Origin: Paecilomyces variotii
Taxonomy: Eukaryota
DNA: 64,000 nt
Assembly (NCBI GenBank): GCA_004022145.1
Contig: RCNU01000002.1
Direction: 5' to 3' (one strand)
The notes below the pieces were generated by a model. That model saw nothing but the letters and a program-made list of their open reading frames with translations, searched no databases and was not told where the DNA came from. Positions 61,850-64,000 of the stretch are shown here, one piece after another. Numbering within the stretch: the first letter of the stretch is position 1; every line of letters starts with the position of its first letter. Both the position numbers and the translations under genes were made by a program.

Positions 61850-62680
61850 CTCGCACTCGTGGGTATGCGAAGTATTACCTGCACCAGGAAGGAAAAAGGA
61901 GAACTGAGTTGAAGATGACCAGGCAAATTGTCGAGATTCACTATCTAACTATACCAGCGCACGCGACATATCAACCAGGGGGGTTGTTGAAGCTAAACAG
62001 GTGTGAGCAGCCTCGAGCAATTGTAGGGTAGATAATAAGGAAGGACGAAGCAGATCTGCGTCGTCCCGAGACAATAACTGTTTCCATTCAATGAAGCTTT
62101 CCTGATCTATTTCCCAGGCCACTGGAGCGCAATGGGTCGAGCCACGCCATGCTGAGCTAGTCTATCTCTTTGGCCAGAATGAGACATGAAGGCGACGTGT
62201 GGCGGTTGACAGCATCGTTGAAAGACGTCATCGTCACAGCCTGAGCGGGAAGCCTGCTTTTGCTCGATCCGGATTCAACGCTGAGGTGGACGACTTCGTT
62301 TTCCCCAAAACGGATGGAGGTCGATAAGAGCCAAAGGACAGTCGTTTCAGCTGGCGCGGAGACTCGACTCACTTGGAAGTCGTTGTTTTGCTTAAGCTGT
62401 TTTAAGGGAGGTCTGGACCCTCGTTAGTTAGTACATAGCCGCGCAGTCGGTTCCCATCTCATACATACGTACTGTACTTAACCACTCGCCCCATCACTAT
62501 CTAGTTAACTGTTAACTACTGCAATCTCCACACATGGTTCGTTGGCAGATGGGAAGCAACCGCGCCAATAACGAGATATTTCGTTGTTTACCAAGGCCAT
62601 TCTTCGAATACGTTCCTGCGATAATTGGAAACTGGAAGAGATTATCTCAGACTCAGCGACTAGTTATCTAGTGCAATAAC

Positions 62681-63277
62681 ATGTCACTCCAAGCTCTTCC
62701 AGACGAGCTACTCCTTCGTATCCTCTTCTATTTACAGCCGTCTTATGCTGATGCAGCTGCACTCTCCTGACAATGTCGGCGACTGTACAGTCTCTGCGAC
62801 ATGTCTAACAGATGTAAATATCGCCGGATCAGGCTCAGAGATGCATCCGATTTGACCTCTGCTTTCAAGATGCTCTGCGACATTCGCAAAACTCCTCGAC
62901 TTGGACACTACGTCCGATATCTTGAACTTCCTACAAATTCAGACAAGTATATTTTTGGTCTTTCATCTCCGAATCAAATATTTCTACCACGGAGGTCTGG
63001 TGACCCTGAACAACCCAGGCGGACAATGGACAGCGTCGGGAATCTACTGTTATCACAAACCCAAGGAATACCGAGAAGCTTACCACGATTTGATGTAATT
63101 ACGACGGAGTACGTTGGAGTCTTCATCCATTTTCTCCTAATTCTGCTCGGTTCGATGGAAATAAGGCTAACTCAGACAGTGATCTTGATCTTCTAGAGGT
63201 CATCCGTGCTCAAACACTCGCCATCCAGTTTGTTTCCGTCTCTCCCGCACTGAAATCCACTGGTCTTTTGCTCTAGC
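62681..63277 (+). pseudogene. Degenerate F-box protein gene
   Basis: ATG at 62681 gives MSLQALPDELLLRILFYL (F-box start), an in-frame TGA at 62768-62770, then the same frame continues QCRRLYSLCDM...LGHYVRYLE. A further fragment QTLAIQFVSVSPALKS near 63210-63260 ends in a stop. Confidence 0.7.
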
Positions 63278-64000
63278 AAGCTGGATGAGGAGGAAGCACA
63301 GTTACCTCGGCTTGTCTTACGGTTCTTTTTCCACCTGCTGTTGCAACCGGTCAACGGACCAGACCACCGAACGCCACGTGAACTGAGGGTGATCTATAAG
63401 TGACCGCCCGAGTGAAAGCACGGGGTATAGGCCACATAATACTCTAGTTTTTTACATCCTTACTGTACGTTTGGCAGCTTCGGAATACTAGGATATACTA
63501 GGATAGAACCGGTCATCTCATTTGCCGATGTGGCATGAGGGCTCAAAACTCGCGAGATATATCCTTCCTCTAAGCACTATGCCTTTCGTGTATTCAATGC
63601 TTTCTAGACTAACCAATGCCCTAATTTTAGTCATGTGGACAATGAGATACTTACGGGCCATATCCCTTTCTAAGGTGGTATGAGTTCCACAACGCCAACG
63701 TCTTCTACGCGCATCATCTTTCCATTTATCCCCCAGATTCCCCAAATTCGAACGAACTAACGGCAGCATTTCGGATTATCATTTTCGCACTAGAGCAGGA
63801 TCCATGGAATTATAGCCGACCAGTGCAGCCGCCGTCGCCAACGTACTTGAAGCGCCATATCCCCCGGGACCTTCGCAGTGGTCCTGATCATATACAAATG
63901 TTGAATGTGGGTTTTGTAAACAAAGTGACGATTGCACTTGAGATGATTGACTCATATAATAACATACAGACTGATGTGCATCTTATGGTTCCATATTTTG

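Overview
A gene-dense window from a filamentous ascomycete (Eurotiales-like: short GT-AG introns with CTRAC branch points, Aspergillus-type gene families). I can support about 27 protein-coding genes and one F-box pseudogene. Most are housekeeping genes: IZH/PAQR, TRM140-like methyltransferase, acid phosphatase, COX10, MPDU1, MED8, a PLP aminotransferase, ADP1, ERV14, PRP17, a ZZ/EF-hand protein, an MFS transporter, MAP1, BNA4, a 3-beta-HSD, MRPS8, LYS12 and a DUF1769-like gene. An apparently accessory block at about 28-38.4 kb holds a Fet3-like multicopper oxidase, a secreted Cys-rich protein, a MAPEG protein and a CYP53-like P450. The strongest lead is the oxidase: it has no adjacent Ftr1 permease, and three of the four canonical Fet3 iron-site residues appear replaced by His/Met, suggesting another substrate such as Cu(I). 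Other leads: an optional in-frame intron in MAP1, a long intron with a weak branch point in BNA4, a +1-frame acidic tail at the DUF1769-like stop codon, a recurrent TAGTTAACTA palindrome and several promoter motif clusters. I found no tRNA, rRNA, CRISPR array or intact transposon. Exon boundaries were read by eye, and family comparisons are from memory, not database searches.
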